Shown here: positions 29,326 through 39,317 of the stretch, in pieces
Position numbering within the stretch: the stretch's first letter is position 1
Layout: every line of letters begins with the position of its first letter
Source of the DNA: a virus
Taxonomy: Duplodnaviria; Caudoviricetes
Strand: one strand, 5' to 3'
Length of the DNA stretch: 64,000 nucleotides
IMG/VR virus record: IMGVR_UViG_3300044991_001466
The notes under the pieces: model-generated
Told to the model about the DNA's origin: nothing
Databases searched by the model: none
Seen by the model: only the letters and a program-made list of their open reading frames with translations
Program-made: the position numbers and the translations under genes

Positions 29326-29381
29326 ATTAATTTTCTCCTTTATTTTCAAAGAACGATAGTGTTGTAATAAAATATAACAAA

Positions 29382-29411
29382 AAAAACCCGAATAAAAAAA
29401 TTCGGGTTTTT
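29382..29411. terminator. Bidirectional intrinsic terminator downstream of tRNA-Ser
   Basis: aaaaacccgaa/ttcgggttttt inverted repeat. Confidence 0.7.
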
Positions 29412-29416
29412 CTGTT

Positions 29417-29507
29417 TGGCGGAGAGAGTAGGATTCGAACCCACGGGCCAGTTTCCCGGCCTCCTGATTTCAAGTCAGGTGCAATAGACCAACTCTACCA
29501 TCTCTCC
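29417..29507 (-). tRNA. tRNA-Ser(TGA)
   Basis: Cloverleaf with long variable arm; CCTGA-CTTGAAA-TCAGG; G73 and encoded CCA. Confidence 0.95.
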
Positions 29508-29626
29508 AATTTTCCCGTTTTTTCCTCACATTTAGCCCAATCAACAGTGAGACATTGATTGGATTTTGATCATAGAAGCTTATAAGGTTTCCCCATTAAG
29601 CCGTTACCACGGGCAAACTAAATCAG

Positions 29627-29700
29627 CGGACTAGACGAGACTCGAACTCGCGACCTTCGGCGTGACAAGCCGACATTCTAACCAACTGAACTACCAATCC
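29627..29700 (-). tRNA. tRNA-Asp(GTC), canonical
   Basis: TCGGC-TTGTCAC-GCCGA; G73. Confidence 0.94.
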
Positions 29701-29707
29701 AAAAATT

Positions 29708-29890
29708 ACAGGTTTTTTGTACCCTTCCGTACATCATAACAAATACATTCCTATATCTGTGGTTACATTTTCGCCATTGGGTAATTACTCCCGACTTATA
29801 GTAACTCTACCCTCACCGCTTTGATATCTAGAATCAAGACAGCTCTTTGGGATTTATATACCGTGGGGTTACACCACAGTCGTCACCTGT
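29708..29890 (-). ncRNA. Candidate ~183-nt structured ncRNA heading the tRNA cluster
   Basis: TATCTTTG promoter at 29895-29902; closing stem ACAGGT/ACCTGT; CTGTGGT/ACCACAG; two internal hairpins; no ORF. Confidence 0.5.
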
Positions 29891-29936
29891 TTTACAAAGA
29901 TAAGAAATAATTAATGATATACAAAATTATTTCAAA

Positions 29937-30719
29937 TTATTTTGACCAATGTTTATCTCTTAATTCATAAACGTCAATAGGTTCACGTTTCATATGACTT
30001 CCTTGATTATAAAAGGCTCCTTTTTTCAAAAATCCACCTAAGAAGTTTCTTCTCATTCTATTTGAGTTGTTAGCCTCTGAACCGTGTACACAATGTGAGT
30101 GTAATAAAACCACCTGTCCTTTTTTAAGAACTCCTTCTATTTTACGGAAATCATGTCCTTCTGGCATAATACAAGGCTTACCACGTTCGTTCCTCCAAAA
30201 AGATGGATTTGTTTTGGCTCTCTCTTCATCAACCTCAATAGGTAATGTTGGTAGTCTGTGAGAACCTTCATAATTCCAAACTGACCCGTTACCATCATCG
30301 TGATTGTCTAATGCTAATGCTGTGTTGATAATTTCATTATGACCACACCCTGTGTAAAATGCGTTTTGATGCATATCTCTACCTAATTGTCCAGGTGGTT
30401 TAAAATACGCCCAACTTTGCATCCCAACAATGTCACCTTCCATTAGAAACTGACAAGCTTCAATTAATTTAGGGTGAACATATAGTTTTGCCAGTTTATC
30501 GGATAATTTATGTGGATATGCAAATGGATCCCATTCACCCCACTCCTTACCATCGTCTGTTAACGTTCCTTTTCTCTCCTGACGTAAACGTTCAAGTTCG
30601 TCATTGATTTCATCACATTCTTCTTCGGTTAAGAGTTCTAATGCAGTAAATCCTCGGTACCTCCAGTCAAATGTCATTTGTTGGATTTCCAATTCTGTTA
30701 AATGTTTAAAATTTCCCAT
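29937..30719 (-). CDS. Phytanoyl-CoA dioxygenase (PhyH)-family 2OG-Fe(II) oxygenase
   Basis: MHQNA, ALDNHD..NG, GSH, LHS..VHGSEAN...RR. Confidence 0.85.
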   Translation of the reverse strand: MGNFKHLTELEIQQMTFDWRYRGFTALELLTEEECDEINDELERLRQERKGTLTDDGKEWGEWDPFAYPHKLSDKLAKLYVHPKLIEACQFLMEGDIVGMQSWAYFKPPGQLGRDMHQNAFYTGCGHNEIINTALALDNHDDGNGSVWNYEGSHRLPTLPIEVDEERAKTNPSFWRNERGKPCIMPEGHDFRKIEGVLKKGQVVLLHSHCVHGSEANNSNRMRRNFLGGFLKKGAFYNQGSHMKREPIDVYELRDKHWSK

Positions 30720-30831
30720 AATACTTAGTTTAATACATTAATATAACCATATTTTTTAAGAAAACAAAACATTTGTTAAAAAATAACATATGAGTTTTAT
30801 CAGTAGTTCATTTTAGCAGTATTTATAGACA

Positions 30832-30864
30832 GACAAAAAATAAATGTATCTCTCTCATACATTA
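30832..30864. repeat. R1: ~33-bp repeat copy with inverted arms AATGTAT-N7-ATACATT
   Basis: gacaaaaaata-a-atgtatctctc-tc-atacatta; second copy at 42195-42228. Confidence 0.8.
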
Positions 30865-30925
30865 CGTATTATATTAATATTATATTAATATGTGGTTCTG
30901 AGCGGGTATATAAACTTAGAACCTT

Positions 30926-31576
30926 ATGGAAAAAATCAAATCACTCACTATTAACATTAGCGACAAACTTGTAACGATATTATTATCGTTAGTTGGAGTT
31001 TGGATTGCGTTCGCACTATGTTTTCAATTATTCTTCGTTTATTTAGAACTTTCTGGTAAAGATGAATTGCAAAGAAATGTAATAAATTGGATTGAATGGA
31101 GAATCGACGGTACATTCAAAAATTCACCTGAAAACATTTGGTATAATGCTGACGACCACATGTGGGTTGAAAGTGTAACCAACGAGGTTAAAATCGGTAA
31201 ATTGGCCGGTAATAGAAATTTAGCTTTTGGGGTTAAAAATGTTTTAGAAGAATTACTACAAGAAAAGGGGTATGATTTATCTGAGTCATCACCATACAAA
31301 ATAAAAGTACAAATTGTTTATTTAGATGTTCTTACAACAAAAAAGAACATATCTGTTTTCCATTCTGGTGTGGAGGAAGTGGTTATTAGACTGAAGGGAA
31401 CGTTAACAAAAGACGGTAAAAAAGAAAAAGAATTAGTTGTTGAAGAATCATCATCTGAGGTTTCTATGTCTACACTAATTGTTGATGAAGGAGGTTCATT
31501 TAACCAAACTTCTTTAAGTAACGCACTCAAAAAAGCAAGTGAAAAACTAATAAATAAATTAATAGACAAAAAATGA
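30926..31576 (+). CDS. CsgG/TolB-N-like fold protein with N-terminal TM
   Basis: GVKNVLEELL, FNQTSLSNALKKA resembles the C-terminus of 38543..39265. Confidence 0.45.
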   Translation: MEKIKSLTINISDKLVTILLSLVGVWIAFALCFQLFFVYLELSGKDELQRNVINWIEWRIDGTFKNSPENIWYNADDHMWVESVTNEVKIGKLAGNRNLAFGVKNVLEELLQEKGYDLSESSPYKIKVQIVYLDVLTTKKNISVFHSGVEEVVIRLKGTLTKDGKKEKELVVEESSSEVSMSTLIVDEGGSFNQTSLSNALKKASEKLINKLIDKK

Positions 31577-33234
31577 AAAAACTAATCTCCATCATTGGGT
31601 TGTTCTTAATAACCTACACGTCATTTGGTCAACTGACCATTAATCAATCGTTCACTCCGACTTCAAATTTAAAAGTTGGTGACACTCTTTCGATAAAATA
31701 TACCGTTGATAGAGGTACAACAACACCAAGATATTTTTGGTTAAGGTATCAATTTAATAATAAGGCATTATCTTACGTTTCAACCGTATTTTCACAAGGA
31801 ACTTCGGTACAAACATTTTATACTGGTTGGACTGGATATAAATTTACACCAAGTACTGCAAATAGTATTACCGCCACAAGTTTATATGCACAATATTTAG
31901 TAAGTCCTTGGGGTTATGCGGCAAACGTAGATTGGAACGTTGGTCAATTAACAGTACAAAGAACTGACGCATCAATCAACGGAGATATTGCAACTCAAAA
32001 ATATGTAATCAAAGATTTAGTTGATTACACAAATATTCATAAATTAGATTTATCATATTCAATCGATGCAACAAGTGCAAGTATTACACCAATTACCACA
32101 AATCCCGGTACAATATCATTAGGTTCAGTAAAAGGTGGTACTTCTTCATTTAAGGTGAGAGTGTTGTTTCCACAAGGATATACGATTGCTGACCACGGGA
32201 TTTCGTTATTACAATTAAACGCGACTAAAACTGATGTTGATTGGACTAAAGCCCCATTAGCATTTAAACAATTAGATGCAAGTGGTGAAGCGACATTTAC
32301 AACCGAAGTTAAAGTAGGAGATACGATTGGATTAATGGTGAGTCCGCCAAATGGTAAAACATGGATGAACAATGTTATAACAGTGTCTGACGCATATAAA
32401 GCATTTTTAGGTATTGCTCAAACTGACATTAATGGCACAAAAAACTTTTTCCAATATAATCGAGAAAGAATAATGGCTAATGTATCTAAAGATGATGGTA
32501 CGGGTACAGAGATTTATAATGAGACAGATGCATATTATTTATTTTCACATGTAATGGGTATAGATGTGAGTACAAAGGCATTTATTCCGTCATCTACCGC
32601 CACAACACTTCGTTATGGTAGTTCATTATTAAATCAAGGATGGTTAGATGGTACAAATAAGTATATAACAACCGTAACATCAGCAACACAAGCGGTGGAT
32701 ATGGTTTTTGCTTGGAATGGTGATTTAGATTTTTCTCACTCATCTTCATTAACTGAAATTGCAAGTAGAATATCAACTGGTAATTACGCAAATTCAATTA
32801 AAGGTAATGATGAAGTTGGAGTTAATAAATCAATGTCAGTTCAATCAATGTCATATAATCAAGTATTTGAAACTGCTAAATTAAGTTTAACCTCTACAAT
32901 AGTTAACGGTAAGGTAGTATTGACTGGTAATTTAACAAAAGAAGGTTTAGCTGGTTTAGAGGTTATATTACAATATGATAATTCTAAATTAACTTTTGAT
33001 AACATTTCATTTGATGCGGGTCCAAGTGTAACTAACTTTTCAACAAATGCAGATGGTAGATTAACATTTGGTTCTATGGATCAAACAAAAACCGCAAGAA
33101 TTAAGACAGGTACACCATATAAATTAACATTTACACCAAAAGAAACCATAACAAACACCTCAGGTTTATTCTATACAGTTTTAGCTGATGCTGTTGATGG
33201 AAACGGAAACAAAATTAATTTGACAGTGGAGTAA
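31573..33234 (+). CDS. Secreted protein with dockerin-like and cohesin-like modules
   Basis: Signal peptide; ITVSDAY...ANV...NETDAY (dockerin-like); GLEVILQYDNSKLTFD (cohesin-like). Confidence 0.6.
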   Translation: MKKLISIIGLFLITYTSFGQLTINQSFTPTSNLKVGDTLSIKYTVDRGTTTPRYFWLRYQFNNKALSYVSTVFSQGTSVQTFYTGWTGYKFTPSTANSITATSLYAQYLVSPWGYAANVDWNVGQLTVQRTDASINGDIATQKYVIKDLVDYTNIHKLDLSYSIDATSASITPITTNPGTISLGSVKGGTSSFKVRVLFPQGYTIADHGISLLQLNATKTDVDWTKAPLAFKQLDASGEATFTTEVKVGDTIGLMVSPPNGKTWMNNVITVSDAYKAFLGIAQTDINGTKNFFQYNRERIMANVSKDDGTGTEIYNETDAYYLFSHVMGIDVSTKAFIPSSTATTLRYGSSLLNQGWLDGTNKYITTVTSATQAVDMVFAWNGDLDFSHSSSLTEIASRISTGNYANSIKGNDEVGVNKSMSVQSMSYNQVFETAKLSLTSTIVNGKVVLTGNLTKEGLAGLEVILQYDNSKLTFDNISFDAGPSVTNFSTNADGRLTFGSMDQTKTARIKTGTPYKLTFTPKETITNTSGLFYTVLADAVDGNGNKINLTVE

Positions 33235-33237
33235 TCT

Positions 33238-35532
33238 ATGAATAAATTATTTTTAATATTATTTTTATTTACATCATTCTTAGGGTTCGGACAGAGTGTA
33301 TCTGCTCCGGACTCTAAATCTTTTTTACCATCCACAAATGGACAAGATGCAAGTGGGTTTATATTAAGTGGATTCAGTTCTACGGCAACTCTATTAGCAT
33401 CAATCAGTTTAGTAGAATTCCCAACAGGTACAACATTTGTATTAAATACAACAACGGGCCTAACTGCTGCAAGTGGATTTACTTTAAGTGGTAATAAAAC
33501 TCGTTTAGTAATAACGGGTACAATGACAAGTATCAATACGGCATTGACATCCCTAAAAATAAACACAGGTTCGGTAGTTGGTAATGTAAAATTATCGGTT
33601 GCTGCAACAATTAATCCAACAGGATTTTATTACAATGGTGTAAATGGTCATTTTTATAAACCCGTAACGGCAGGTACAACTTATACTGGTGCTAGAGCAG
33701 CATCGTTATTAACAACATTCAAAGGGCAGACGGGGTATTTGGTAACAATAACATCGGCATCTGAAAATGCTTTTATATTTGCTAATGTACCACAAGCTAA
33801 CATATGGTTTGCAGCAACGGATGAAGTTACCGATGGTAGATGGGTAATTGATGCGGGACCTGAAAAGGGGACGGTAATGAAAACCCAAAACGGACAACTT
33901 AATGGAAACATTGCCGGCGTATATAACAACTGGGCACAAGGTGAACCAAATGGTGGTAATCATACTGAGGATTATGCAGTAACAAATTGGAACGGACAAT
34001 CAACATGGAATGACTTATCAAACAATTGGACTAATCCATACATAATTGAATATGGAACTTGGACTAATCCTGATGATGCAACATTTACGGAGTTTTACAC
34101 CAATAGTGTATCTCATTCAAATGGTGAAGTCCTAACTGCTAAATTTAATTTTGACTTTGGTGGTAATGTGGATGAAACTAAATTTTCAACAAAGGCAAAT
34201 AGATATGTAAATAATCTATGGAGTACCACTACCAACACATCAAGAGCAATAAGTGGATTGGGTAAGGTTGATATTACAAATGATTTGGATACCGCAAAGG
34301 TAAGTGGGGTTGGTACTAAAGCAACAACATCCGCCGGACAAGTTGAATGGGCAATAATAAATCCATATGATGCAAATTTAGGTGGACATCAATTGTTAAT
34401 AGATGAAAGAGAATTTGATGGAACTGGAGTATCTCCAAGTAATGTAACATCAATTAAATTATTTGATATATACGATGGACCGGTTAGTGTTCATAGTGTA
34501 AGTGGTTTTTGGAAAACTTATATAATGCCGGGTAATTTGACAACCAAAATAACTTCATCTACATTTCAAGCTCAATTAAGATTACAAGATGGTTGGTATG
34601 GAACGAGAGCTGAATTTACTTTCTCACCAATTCAAAGTTATAAACAACACGGGATTGAATTAACATATACCAATCAAACGGATTTAAACACTTTATACAA
34701 TAGTGTTGTGACCGTATCGGATGTGTTTATTGCATTCAAAGAATTATCAAATGGTGGGATATTTGGAAATGAAAGTGGAAATGAATTCACATCAGGTATT
34801 CAATTTTTGAACGCGGATGTAGATGGTAATGGTATATTCAACGAAGCGGATACATACAAACTATTACAACATTTGACAGGAGTTCAACCACTTACACAAA
34901 ATCCACTATTAACTTTTCTGATGAAACTTTATAGTAAATCAGATTATGATTCAATTACTAAATCTAATTGGAATACAAAATTCAATTCAACAAGAAGTTT
35001 ATATCCGTTTAGTTTAAATACGGGTACACTTAATAACACATACAATGTTAATGTTACTTGGAAAGGTGATGTAAACCTATCTCATTCTGCACAACAAAGT
35101 GCAACTGGTGTCTCCGGTAATTCTATTAGAACTATGAGTTTGAGTACTAATTCAGTTTCAAATGAAGTAAACGCTTTAATTATGGGCGAAACCGTAGGTA
35201 ATAAAGTTATAGTTACAATATCAATAGACCCATTACAACAAGAAGTGGTGGGAACACAATTTCAATTAAACTATGATAATACCTCATTAAGTTTTGAGAA
35301 GGTGGAGTTTACAACTAAGGGAAACCCAACCAATTTTGGAAGTGATAGAGGTAATTATATTACATTGGGTTCATTAATAACTGATGGGTCAACTCTATTA
35401 GATAAAACAACAGAATATAAAATAACATTTGTACCAAAAATTGAATTGGGTGGAATATTGGGATTGACTTCAATATCAACAACCGATGCCGTTAATAAAG
35501 ATGGTAAACAATTAAAAATTAAATTGAACTAA
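33238..35532 (+). CDS. Secreted C-type lectin / dockerin-like / cohesin-like protein
   Basis: Signal peptide; NGHFY...GYLVTITS..EN, YNNWAQGEPN, WNDL (CTL with EPN motif); ADVDGNGIFNEAD; GTQFQLNYD. Confidence 0.75.
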   Translation: MNKLFLILFLFTSFLGFGQSVSAPDSKSFLPSTNGQDASGFILSGFSSTATLLASISLVEFPTGTTFVLNTTTGLTAASGFTLSGNKTRLVITGTMTSINTALTSLKINTGSVVGNVKLSVAATINPTGFYYNGVNGHFYKPVTAGTTYTGARAASLLTTFKGQTGYLVTITSASENAFIFANVPQANIWFAATDEVTDGRWVIDAGPEKGTVMKTQNGQLNGNIAGVYNNWAQGEPNGGNHTEDYAVTNWNGQSTWNDLSNNWTNPYIIEYGTWTNPDDATFTEFYTNSVSHSNGEVLTAKFNFDFGGNVDETKFSTKANRYVNNLWSTTTNTSRAISGLGKVDITNDLDTAKVSGVGTKATTSAGQVEWAIINPYDANLGGHQLLIDEREFDGTGVSPSNVTSIKLFDIYDGPVSVHSVSGFWKTYIMPGNLTTKITSSTFQAQLRLQDGWYGTRAEFTFSPIQSYKQHGIELTYTNQTDLNTLYNSVVTVSDVFIAFKELSNGGIFGNESGNEFTSGIQFLNADVDGNGIFNEADTYKLLQHLTGVQPLTQNPLLTFLMKLYSKSDYDSITKSNWNTKFNSTRSLYPFSLNTGTLNNTYNVNVTWKGDVNLSHSAQQSATGVSGNSIRTMSLSTNSVSNEVNALIMGETVGNKVIVTISIDPLQQEVVGTQFQLNYDNTSLSFEKVEFTTKGNPTNFGSDRGNYITLGSLITDGSTLLDKTTEYKITFVPKIELGGILGLTSISTTDAVNKDGKQLKIKLN

Positions 35533-36425
35533 TGAAAAAACTAATAATAATTCTGTTACTAATTTCGATTACATTTGTTACAAAAGCCCAAATTGTAAAA
35601 CCCGATACATTACAATTATCACCAAAGGAATTATTTGGTGAAAGTGATGATTGGAACGATGTGGGTGTATTACAATCCTATGTTAATTTTTCAAAAGATG
35701 TGCTTTCATCCTCAAACTTATCAGTTGGTATAATCGGAAAGCAAGTATCCACTACTCTTAATTTGGGTTACAATAAATCATCTATGAATGGGCAATGGGG
35801 TCACACATTCGCAGCATCAATAAATCCTATATGGAACTATTATGGTGTGGGATATGGTCTTAGTAAAAATACCGAAAAGAGAACAACCACATTACAATCA
35901 TTTTATTCAACCGATTTTGATTTTCAAAAAGATATTACACTATCATTCATCGATGTATTCAGAACTAAAAAGTTTGGAACATTTGGATATAGTTTAATTG
36001 CATCAAAATCTTTTTGGGGAACATATGAAGGTCAATGGGAAGGAAAATATACGGTAGATGAAAATGGTGATTTTAAAGATTTAATATACCCAATGATACC
36101 GGCATCAAGTGAAATAAGTTATAGAGGTATGGTGATGTACACATATACATTGAAAACAAAGAGAGTAAACATATCACCACAAATATTTGCAATGAGTGAT
36201 GTATATAAAGTATTTAAAGATGGTACTACATCGGATTTATCGTATTTTGATGATTTCAATTTGGACTTATATTATGGTACATCTATCGATTGGAAGGTAA
36301 CTAAAAGATTTGTATTAAATACTAATATTAGATATAACACAACTTTTGATAAATTAAGTGAATCAGTTGGTTATAAAAAGAGTAACCCAATAATGTTTAT
36401 GATAGGAACAAACTTTCAATTTTAA
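35532..36425 (+). CDS. Outer-membrane beta-barrel protein
   Basis: Signal peptide, alternating beta pattern, C-terminal ...GTNFQF. Confidence 0.65.
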   Translation: MKKLIIILLLISITFVTKAQIVKPDTLQLSPKELFGESDDWNDVGVLQSYVNFSKDVLSSSNLSVGIIGKQVSTTLNLGYNKSSMNGQWGHTFAASINPIWNYYGVGYGLSKNTEKRTTTLQSFYSTDFDFQKDITLSFIDVFRTKKFGTFGYSLIASKSFWGTYEGQWEGKYTVDENGDFKDLIYPMIPASSEISYRGMVMYTYTLKTKRVNISPQIFAMSDVYKVFKDGTTSDLSYFDDFNLDLYYGTSIDWKVTKRFVLNTNIRYNTTFDKLSESVGYKKSNPIMFMIGTNFQF

Positions 36426-36766
36426 TGAAAAAGACATTACTCATATTTGTAATTTTATTGGTGGGATGTGTTAAACCAGACCTGCCTGTTCCAATACCAC
36501 AAATTACCTATGTATTTGATGTAAAGGAAAGTGAAGTAACAAATGGACAGGATATATATTTTAAACTGCCATCCGATGGTATACATACTTTAACTTTAAT
36601 TGATAAAGAAAGTGGGCAAGTGGTTAGTAGAGAAAAATTTAATGGTAAATCGGGTGAAAATGTGAAAAAAATTTACACCAATTCCCTACTTAAGGGATAT
36701 TTACTATTAGTGTTGGAAGACAATAATAAGAATCAATTAGGTAAAACAATAATAATAAATAAATAA
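36425..36766 (+). CDS. Lipoprotein with T9SS C-terminal-domain-like Ig fold
   Basis: Lipobox LVGC; TLTLID..GQVV...SLLKGYLLLVL...TIIINK. Confidence 0.5.
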   Translation: MKKTLLIFVILLVGCVKPDLPVPIPQITYVFDVKESEVTNGQDIYFKLPSDGIHTLTLIDKESGQVVSREKFNGKSGENVKKIYTNSLLKGYLLLVLEDNNKNQLGKTIIINK

Positions 36767-36782
36767 AAGAAACCCAAGTCAA

Positions 36783-37157
36783 ATGAAAAAGCTATTTATA
36801 GTGGTATTAAGTTTAATGATTCTTACAGGTTGTAGAAAAGAACAGGATTTTCTTCCAACTATTCAACAAGCACCCGAAGATTTGAAAATATCTAGTTCTT
36901 TAGGTATTAAATTACAATCACCATTTGTCACTTCAGAGGTTGCAATGAATGTTAAAAGTGAAATTGTGGGATCTGTAACAATTAAGATATTTGACATCTC
37001 AAATAGAGTTGTTTCAAAAGAGACCGTTAACGTAATTGTTGGAGATAATATACTTAAAGTATATACGTCATCATTACCAAATTCAGCATATAGAATTGGT
37101 TTTTTTGATTCAAAAAATAATATGTTAGGAATAACAGATTTTAATAAAATAAACTAA
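36783..37157 (+). CDS. Lipoprotein with T9SS C-terminal-domain-like Ig fold
   Basis: Lipobox LTGC; IKIFDISNRVV...SSLPNSAYRI. Confidence 0.5.
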   Translation: MKKLFIVVLSLMILTGCRKEQDFLPTIQQAPEDLKISSSLGIKLQSPFVTSEVAMNVKSEIVGSVTIKIFDISNRVVSKETVNVIVGDNILKVYTSSLPNSAYRIGFFDSKNNMLGITDFNKIN

Positions 37158-37175
37158 AAATTAAACACAAATAAA

Positions 37176-37493
37176 ATGGCAGAAGAAACACAAGAACAAG
37201 AAGGAACATGGTCAAGTCTTAAAAAGACAATAATTGGAATTGCAGGAACAGTAGTAACCGCTGGCGGCGTATGGTTAACAACATTGTTAGGTGGTGGTGA
37301 CAAAGCCGAACCCGCACCAGTACAAGCCGCACCAGTAATTAACATTACAACTAATCAAACTCAACAACAAGCTGCTGGTGGTAATAAAACTGTAATCATC
37401 AATAAAGGTGGTGATGGTAAAACAACCCAACCAGTTGCAAAACCTAAGAAAAAAGAAGGTGATGAGTTTAAAGAAGAGGCACCTAAATGGTAA
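37176..37493 (+). CDS. Single-pass membrane protein
   Basis: TM IIGIAGTVVTAGGVWLTTLL. Confidence 0.6.
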   Translation: MAEETQEQEGTWSSLKKTIIGIAGTVVTAGGVWLTTLLGGGDKAEPAPVQAAPVINITTNQTQQQAAGGNKTVIINKGGDGKTTQPVAKPKKKEGDEFKEEAPKW

Positions 37494-37615
37494 TTATGCT
37501 TTCTATGATAAACCAACTATTTTATTTAATATCAGGATTATTGATAACAGTCGGAATTGTATGTGGCGTTATGTACACAGCAATTAAGTTAAATGAAAAA
37601 TTAAATTAAAAAAAA

Positions 37616-38209
37616 ATGAGTAAACAACAATCACCAAGTGGTTTTAAAGATTTATTAAGTAACATGATGGCCAGAAGATGGTATATCACAGCATTGGTGT
37701 TAGGTGGGTTTATGTTAATAATTGGTGGTATGTTTGTTGCCATTATTAATAAAAATGAAATTGCCGGAGAATGGAAAGAACTTCTTTTATTATTATTGGG
37801 AGCTTTCATCGGTTCTTATGGTAAAATCATTGACTATTGGTTTAGTGATACCGATAAGGATAAGATGTTAGTCCAAAAAATGGATGAAGAAGATGGTACC
37901 TCATTAAGTAACACTGCCGATTTACCAAACAACCCAATTGTACCTATGTCGACCGCACCATTGGTTTTACCAACAAGTGAAGAAGTTGAAGTACCCAAAC
38001 CACAACCCCGTACAGGTGTTGAAGTAGATGAAGATGGGGATGGCATAATGGACGGTATTGATTTTGATGGTGATGGTAAAATTGATATGTACTTTGCACA
38101 TAGACAATGTGAGCACGTATGGGGAGATTTAGATGGTGACGGTATCGAGGAGTGTTTGAAATGTGGTAAAATAAAAGATGAAAATGCAGAAATGCACACG
38201 GAAGGATAA
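37616..38209 (+). CDS. Holin-like 2-TM protein with C-terminal DxDGDG calcium-binding-like repeats
   Basis: Two TMs, IIDYWFS; DEDGDG, DFDGDG, DLDGDG. Confidence 0.5.
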   Translation: MSKQQSPSGFKDLLSNMMARRWYITALVLGGFMLIIGGMFVAIINKNEIAGEWKELLLLLLGAFIGSYGKIIDYWFSDTDKDKMLVQKMDEEDGTSLSNTADLPNNPIVPMSTAPLVLPTSEEVEVPKPQPRTGVEVDEDGDGIMDGIDFDGDGKIDMYFAHRQCEHVWGDLDGDGIEECLKCGKIKDENAEMHTEG

Positions 38210-38238
38210 AATAAACAAAAGACAAAAAATAAAAAACT

Positions 38239-38487
38239 ATGAAATTTAAAGAATGGGCTATTGAACTCTTCAAAGACGAAAGAGGTTCAATTTCAGTAAA
38301 ACCAGTTATCGCATTTGTGGGAGCAATGTTCCTATGTGTAACTATGATCTTAAATTCGTTCTCTCACGCCGAATTTGCACCATCACCTGAATTGGTGAAT
38401 GCTGTGATGATTATTACAGGAATCGGAATGGGCGCGGATACAATGGATAAATTCTCTCATAAAAAGAAAGAAGAAACGGAAGGTTAA
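38239..38487 (+). CDS. Small holin-like 2-TM protein
   Basis: DERGSIS.K motif followed by two TMs. Confidence 0.5.
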   Translation: MKFKEWAIELFKDERGSISVKPVIAFVGAMFLCVTMILNSFSHAEFAPSPELVNAVMIITGIGMGADTMDKFSHKKKEETEG

Positions 38488-38490
38488 TAT

Positions 38491-38517
38491 AAAGGGAGTT
38501 AAAAACTCCCTTTTTTT
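38491..38517 (+). terminator. Intrinsic terminator
   Basis: aaagggagtt/aactccc plus T7. Confidence 0.75.
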
Positions 38518-38542
38518 ATGTATTTATATTAAAATAAGATGT

Positions 38543-39265
38543 ATGAAAAAATTATTAATATTATTAAGCGTTTTTTTACTAAGCGCTGTTGTCGTTGACG
38601 GACAAACAATAGGTAAAACTAAGACAGAGGACTACAAGGCGGACTTTGAAAAAAAAAGAGATATAAGTGCGTACATGGATTACGATGGTCCTCAAATTCC
38701 AATTCAAATATTAAAGGCAGGAATTTCTGACGAGATGTATGAAATGTATCCTGAACTAAAAGAAAAACGTGTTGGTTTAGGTGTTGCAAATATATCTATG
38801 GAATACCTTGAAAACTTAAACAGATTTAAATTTACTGAAGACAAGACAGAAATTAAGAATAGGATGGTAAAACAATTTCAAGCATCTGCGGCAGGTATTT
38901 CTGAGAATAAATTAGATGGTCGTGGTAAAATCAATTTGGCAAAGTATTTTGTGACGATTGAGTGTTATGACTACTCAGTGTCAGAAGATGAAACCATCAA
39001 CCTTAAAAATGGTATACAAGACAATATGGTAACTCGTATAGGTCTTCAGGTTAGGTTTACAGATGCGGAGACAGGTGTCTTATTTGGTGGGTCAGGTTTA
39101 GGTGAAGCAACAACAAAAAGAGAATTAACTCTTTTATCTGATGCATCTATTGACCCAATTAAATTCAACCAATCAACAATTAGTATTGCAACTAAAAAGG
39201 CGTTAGATATTGCCTGTGCTAACATTCTTGATAGAATGATTAAAAAGGGAATATTTGCAAAATAA
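38543..39265 (+). CDS. CsgG/HfaB-like curli-assembly/secretion protein
   Basis: Signal peptide; GLGVANI..EYL...RF...E; YFVTIECYDY; IGLQVRFTDAETG..FGGSG. Confidence 0.65.
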   Translation: MKKLLILLSVFLLSAVVVDGQTIGKTKTEDYKADFEKKRDISAYMDYDGPQIPIQILKAGISDEMYEMYPELKEKRVGLGVANISMEYLENLNRFKFTEDKTEIKNRMVKQFQASAAGISENKLDGRGKINLAKYFVTIECYDYSVSEDETINLKNGIQDNMVTRIGLQVRFTDAETGVLFGGSGLGEATTKRELTLLSDASIDPIKFNQSTISIATKKALDIACANILDRMIKKGIFAK

Positions 39266-39292
39266 CTATATTTTAAAGATTTAATAAAAAAT

Positions 39293-39317
39293 AAGGGGTG
39301 TAATAACCCCTTTTTTT
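39293..39317 (+). terminator. Intrinsic terminator
   Basis: aaggggt/acccc plus T7. Confidence 0.65.
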
